A stretch of DNA of 36,356 nucleotides from Candidatus Nealsonbacteria bacterium CG23_combo_of_CG06-09_8_20_14_all_40_13. Its GTDB lineage: Bacteria > Patescibacteriota > UBA1384 > UBA12157_A > GCA-002773005. The notes beneath the pieces were generated by a model. That model was not told where the DNA came from. It saw nothing but the letters and a program-made list of their open reading frames with translations, and made no database searches. Made by a program: the position numbers and the translations under genes. Shown here in pieces: positions 32,894-36,356 of this stretch. The stretch's first letter is position 1. Every line of letters starts with the position of its first letter. The DNA is taken from the NCBI GenBank assembly GCA_002771215.1, contig PCRM01000034.1, positions 1 to 36,356 on the forward strand, given 5' to 3'.

Positions 32894-34423
32894 CTAAAAA
32901 GCGTTTTCTTTCGGCCGATATTGCAAAGCTTCGGCAATGTGGGCAATTTGAATATTTGGCTGATTTTGCAAATCGGCGATTGTTCTGCCTAATTTCAAAA
33001 TTCGGTGGTAGGCGCGCGCGGACAAAGCCAGTTTATCGACGGCGCTTTTGAGTAAATTTTGTGATTTTTCATCCAAGAAGCAGTATTGTTTAATATCCCT
33101 TAAACCCATCTCGGAATTAGTTCTAATTTCATTTTCTTGAACAAAACGATGCTTTTGAATATCTCTTGCCCCCTGTACGCGAGCTTGCACTTTGGCTGAT
33201 TCCTCCGCCACTTTTTCGCTGGCTAATTTTTCGTACTGGATGCGCGGCACATCAATATGGATATCAATCCTATCCAATATCGGCCCGGAAATTTTCTTTT
33301 GATAACGAATAATTTGGCTTGGTGTACAAATGCAGTTTTTAACCGGGTCGTTTAGATAGCCGCAGGGACAGGGATTTTGGGCGGCCACCAGAATAAATTG
33401 GGCTGGAAAATTAAATGTGCCCGACGCGCGAGAGACAGCGATAACGCCGTCTTCCAGCGGCTGACGTAACGATTCTAAAACAAATCTCGGAAATTCGGCA
33501 AATTCGTCCAAAAATAGCACGCCGCGGTGAGCCAGCGTGATTTCGCCCGGTTTGGGAATTTGTCCGCCGCCAACCAAAGCAACATCAGAAGCGGTGTGAT
33601 GCGGACTGCGAAATGGCCTTACTTTGATGACGGACGTCTTTGTAGTAGTCAAGCCGGCCACAGAATAAATTTTGGTTACTTCCAGCATTTCTTCTTTGGT
33701 AAGCTTGGGCAAAATTGTCGGCAATGCCCTTGCCAGCAATGTTTTACCTGTTCCCGGCGGACCAGACATCAGTACATTATGTCCGCCGGCGGCGGCAATT
33801 TCCAACGCCCTTTTGACATTTTCCTGACCCTTGATGTAAGCAAAATCATAATCAAACAGTTCATTTTGTTTAACTTCCTGTTCTTTCTGCCTTTGGAAAA
33901 TGGGCAATTTTTTCTCGCCTTTCAAAGAAAAAATTAATTCTTTCAAATTTTTCACAGGAAAAATATCAATTTGTTCGGCCAAAGCCGCTTCGCCGCAATC
34001 GGCTGCGGGCAAAAATATTTTGGCAAATTTTAGATTTTCTGCCATCAAGGAAATTGGCAAAACGCCGTTGATGTGGCGCAAATTGCCATTTAAAGACAGT
34101 TCGCCTAAAAATAAAGAATTATCCAAACTCTCTTGGTTAATTTGTCCGGCAGCCGCCAAAATTCCCAAAGCAATCGCCAGATCAAAACCCGGTCCTTCTT
34201 TTTTCAAATCCGCTGGCGCCAAATTAACTGTAAGGCGTTTGTTGGGAAAAATTGCGCCGGAATTTTTGATGGCGGCACGCACCCGCTCCCGGCTTTCCTC
34301 CACAGCCTTATCGGGCAGGCCGACAATTAAAAATGACGGCAGCCCATTGGAAATATCAACTTCTACATCAATAGGGTAACACTCCAGTCCAAGTGTCGCG
34401 CCAGATTTAACTTTGGCTAGCAC
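32894..34423 (-). CDS. comM: YifB/ComM Mg-chelatase-like AAA+ ATPase
   Basis: VGLPD..V.ES..R, NLAPAD, GPPGTGKT, PFRSPHH, LFLDE, NPCPCG and LSARAY motifs. Confidence 0.93.
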   Translation of the reverse strand: MLAKVKSGATLGLECYPIDVEVDISNGLPSFLIVGLPDKAVEESRERVRAAIKNSGAIFPNKRLTVNLAPADLKKEGPGFDLAIALGILAAAGQINQESLDNSLFLGELSLNGNLRHINGVLPISLMAENLKFAKIFLPAADCGEAALAEQIDIFPVKNLKELIFSLKGEKKLPIFQRQKEQEVKQNELFDYDFAYIKGQENVKRALEIAAAGGHNVLMSGPPGTGKTLLARALPTILPKLTKEEMLEVTKIYSVAGLTTTKTSVIKVRPFRSPHHTASDVALVGGGQIPKPGEITLAHRGVLFLDEFAEFPRFVLESLRQPLEDGVIAVSRASGTFNFPAQFILVAAQNPCPCGYLNDPVKNCICTPSQIIRYQKKISGPILDRIDIHIDVPRIQYEKLASEKVAEESAKVQARVQGARDIQKHRFVQENEIRTNSEMGLRDIKQYCFLDEKSQNLLKSAVDKLALSARAYHRILKLGRTIADLQNQPNIQIAHIAEALQYRPKENAF

Positions 34424-34462
34424 AACAAATCTCCTTTGTTTTTAATCTAACAGAAAATTGAA

Positions 34463-34502
34463 GAAAAAGAAAAACCCTCCTTCGTGTGGAAATAAGGAGG
34501 GT
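34463..34502 (-). terminator. Probable intrinsic terminator
   Basis: ACCCTCCTT/AAGGAGGGT stem followed by TTTTCTTTTT on the minus strand. Confidence 0.6.
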
Positions 34503-34527
34503 CAAAAACAAAAGAGAGGGGATACCC

Positions 34528-34749
34528 TTAGTGCCAATCGGGGCGATCTTTGTTTGGGTTGGAACAATGTACTTCCTGCTGTTTAAAGCAATCTTTTCGT
34601 TCGCAGCTCTCCTTGTGTACACCATAGACAACCGTCTTGCAGCCACACGACCAGAGAATCATAATTGCTATTTCCCCGCACGAGGGACACTTGGGTGATA
34701 GCATGTCGACAGCTTTTGCCAATTTTGCATCTTCCTCCTTGTTGTTCAT
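34528..34749 (-). CDS. Small Cys-rich hypothetical protein (73 aa)
   Basis: CPSC, CGC and three more Cys; starts 6 bp after the rsmA stop and is followed by a terminator. Confidence 0.5.
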   Translation of the reverse strand: MNNKEEDAKLAKAVDMLSPKCPSCGEIAIMILWSCGCKTVVYGVHKESCERKDCFKQQEVHCSNPNKDRPDWH

Positions 34750-34755
34750 GAAAGG

Positions 34756-35589
34756 CTACCCCTTGGGCAGATTTTCATAAAGCCGCAGCCAGTCATCAAG
34801 AGTTAAATCCTCGCTGCGCAGGACTGGCGAAATGCCGGCTTTGGCCAAAATTTCGCCGGTTTTACCAGCATCTAACCGCAATCCCGATGAAAGTGAATTG
34901 TGAATTTGGCGTCTTTTTTGCTGAAAACTTAATTTCACCAGCCGGAAAAAAATTTCTTCGTTTATATTTTGCGGCCGTTTTACATTTGTGTCAATCTTTA
35001 TTATGGCAGAATCAACTTTAGGAATAGGGAAGAAGGCGGTGGAGGGGACTGACCTGACGATTTCTGCGCGGGCATAGAACTCAAGCATGACAGTCAAAAT
35101 GCCCCGGTTGGAGTCACCGGGCTTGGCAGTCAAACGTTGTGCGACCTCTTTCTGAAGTAAAAGCACGAGCATTTGCGGTTTGTTTGGTTTTTCTAAAAAA
35201 AATCGCAGGGTAGGGGAGGAGATATTGTAGGGCAAGTTGGCAACGACTTTGTATCTTTTAAAATGAATTTTGGCAATGGCAAACAGCGCGTTGTCCACCA
35301 GTATTTTTAAATTATCATCTTTACAGCTTTTGGCTAAAATGGCCGCTAGTCCCCTATCCTTCTCTATCGCCAAAACCTCTCCTGCATTTTTGCACAATTC
35401 TTGCGTCAAAGTTCCCACCCCCGGTCCAATTTCAACCACCGTATCGTCTTTGGAAAGCTGCGATGTTTTGACAATATCTGCCAACACTTCTCTGTCAATT
35501 AAAAAATTTTGACCTAATTTCTTGTTGAGCCAGAGATGGCTGTCGTGCAAAAATTGTTTTAATTGTGATAAATTGGTTAAATCCAACAT
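34756..35589 (-). CDS. rsmA: 16S rRNA m6,2A dimethyltransferase RsmA/KsgA
   Basis: KKLGQNFL, EIGPG.G.LT, ANLPYNI, QKEVA.R and F.P.PKVDSA motifs. Confidence 0.97.
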   Translation of the reverse strand: MLDLTNLSQLKQFLHDSHLWLNKKLGQNFLIDREVLADIVKTSQLSKDDTVVEIGPGVGTLTQELCKNAGEVLAIEKDRGLAAILAKSCKDDNLKILVDNALFAIAKIHFKRYKVVANLPYNISSPTLRFFLEKPNKPQMLVLLLQKEVAQRLTAKPGDSNRGILTVMLEFYARAEIVRSVPSTAFFPIPKVDSAIIKIDTNVKRPQNINEEIFFRLVKLSFQQKRRQIHNSLSSGLRLDAGKTGEILAKAGISPVLRSEDLTLDDWLRLYENLPKG

Positions 35590-35823
35590 AATAATTCAAA
35601 TTGATAATTGACAATGCAAAATTTACAATTGACTTTGATTCCTTTTTTCATTATATTTGATTTTTTGTCTAAAACCTATCTTTGCCCGTTATTTCTCCAA
35701 ATCTAGCTATTTATCCAAGCTGGGAAAATTAACCATCATTTTTCAGGTTTAAATTTTCAAACGTCCAACGATCGTTTTTCGTTTCTTGACGTTATTTCTG
35801 TTATTTGATAGTTTTGAATTAGA

Positions 35824-36356
35824 ATGGCTATTTTCAAACAAGAAAAATTTAAAAAGTTTCGCTGGAGTCCCCAACAAAAAGAATTGACCTACCAAATACT
35901 TAAAACTTTAGGCATGGGAGCGGTCTTGACCTTGGCTGTTGTGGCTCCTAATGCCGTTCAAGTTCTTAAATATTTTACTAATATGAAAAAACCGGTTCCA
36001 CGGAGAAGTTTTGATCCTCAAAAAGTCTATTCCGTCTTGAAAAAAATTAACCAAAAGGGCTGGGTTGAGATTAATGAAGTAAAAGATAAAATGATGGTCA
36101 CTTTGACCAAAGAAGGCAAAAGAGAAATTTTAAAATATGATCTAGACCAAATGAAAATTAAACCTTTAAAGAAATGGGATGGGTATTGGCGAATAGTTAT
36201 CTTTGATATCCCGGAGCGATTTAAAAAGGGAAGAAATGCCTTCCGAGCATTACTTAGAAGATTAGGCTTTTATCGTCTTCAAAAAAGTGTTTTTATTTTA
36301 CCTTGGCAATGTGAGAGAGAAATCGAATTTATTAGCCATGTCTATCAAATTTCGTC
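35824..36356 (+). CDS. PaaX-like regulator (wHTH plus Cas2-like domain), truncated by the window end
   Basis: Manual translation from ATG 35824: MAIFKQ...VVAPNA...LTKEG...WDGYWRIVIFDIPE...LGFYRLQKSVF. Confidence 0.85.
   Translation, partial: MAIFKQEKFKKFRWSPQQKELTYQILKTLGMGAVLTLAVVAPNAVQVLKYFTNMKKPVPRRSFDPQKVYSVLKKINQKGWVEINEVKDKMMVTLTKEGKREILKYDLDQMKIKPLKKWDGYWRIVIFDIPERFKKGRNAFRALLRRLGFYRLQKSVFILPWQCEREIEFISHVYQIS

Noticed and set aside
65-35512. Numerous short antisense or overlapping ORFs in the track (e.g. 65..373, 4772..5323, 10934..11668, 14754..15251, 26998..27309, 32170..32499, 33900..34379)
   Set aside because: They are shadows of well-supported genes or tRNAs, with no RBS or recognisable motifs
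35824-36356. CRISPR-Cas locus, suggested by the Cas2-like domain
   Set aside because: No repeat-spacer array or other cas genes in the window; the architecture is the wHTH-fused PaaX-like family
1-36356. Alternative genetic code (UGA=Gly as in Gracilibacteria/Absconditabacteria)
   Set aside because: Conserved genes are full length under code 11, and TGA ends mreC, mreD and nrnA at the expected positions

Overview
AT-rich bacterial chromosome segment. Gene content and style (compact alaS, FtsA-like plus baseplate-J-like pair, PaaX/Cas2-like regulator, HTH-LAGLIDADG-like gene, abundant short palindromic repeats) suggest Patescibacteria/CPR; this is an inference. Housekeeping backbone, mostly on the minus strand: greA, mrdA-mreD-mreC-mreB, mltG, ruvX, ftsA-like, alaS, slt, SDR, nrnA, rpsA, lepA (+), secG, comM, rsmA, plus seven tRNA genes. 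Highlights: (1) a ~700-nt GC-rich transcription unit (23392->22691, minus) with a perfect sigma70 promoter, a terminator and several long-range helices, a candidate undescribed large ncRNA; (2) a tRNA-Phe(GAA) split by a 255-nt group I intron, with a free-standing low-GC HTH-LAGLIDADG-like gene ending 3 bp before it; (3) a three-copy dispersed structured element closed by tandem G.A pairs, one copy flanked by a duplication of the host gene's 3' end; (4) REP-like palindromes inserted in frame into alaS and another gene or supplying stop codons; (5) integrase-less tRNA-Leu-anchored islets, one carrying a Mu Gam-like gene; (6) a tRNA-Leu(CAG) with C33 instead of U33. All calls were made by eye; no searches were run.
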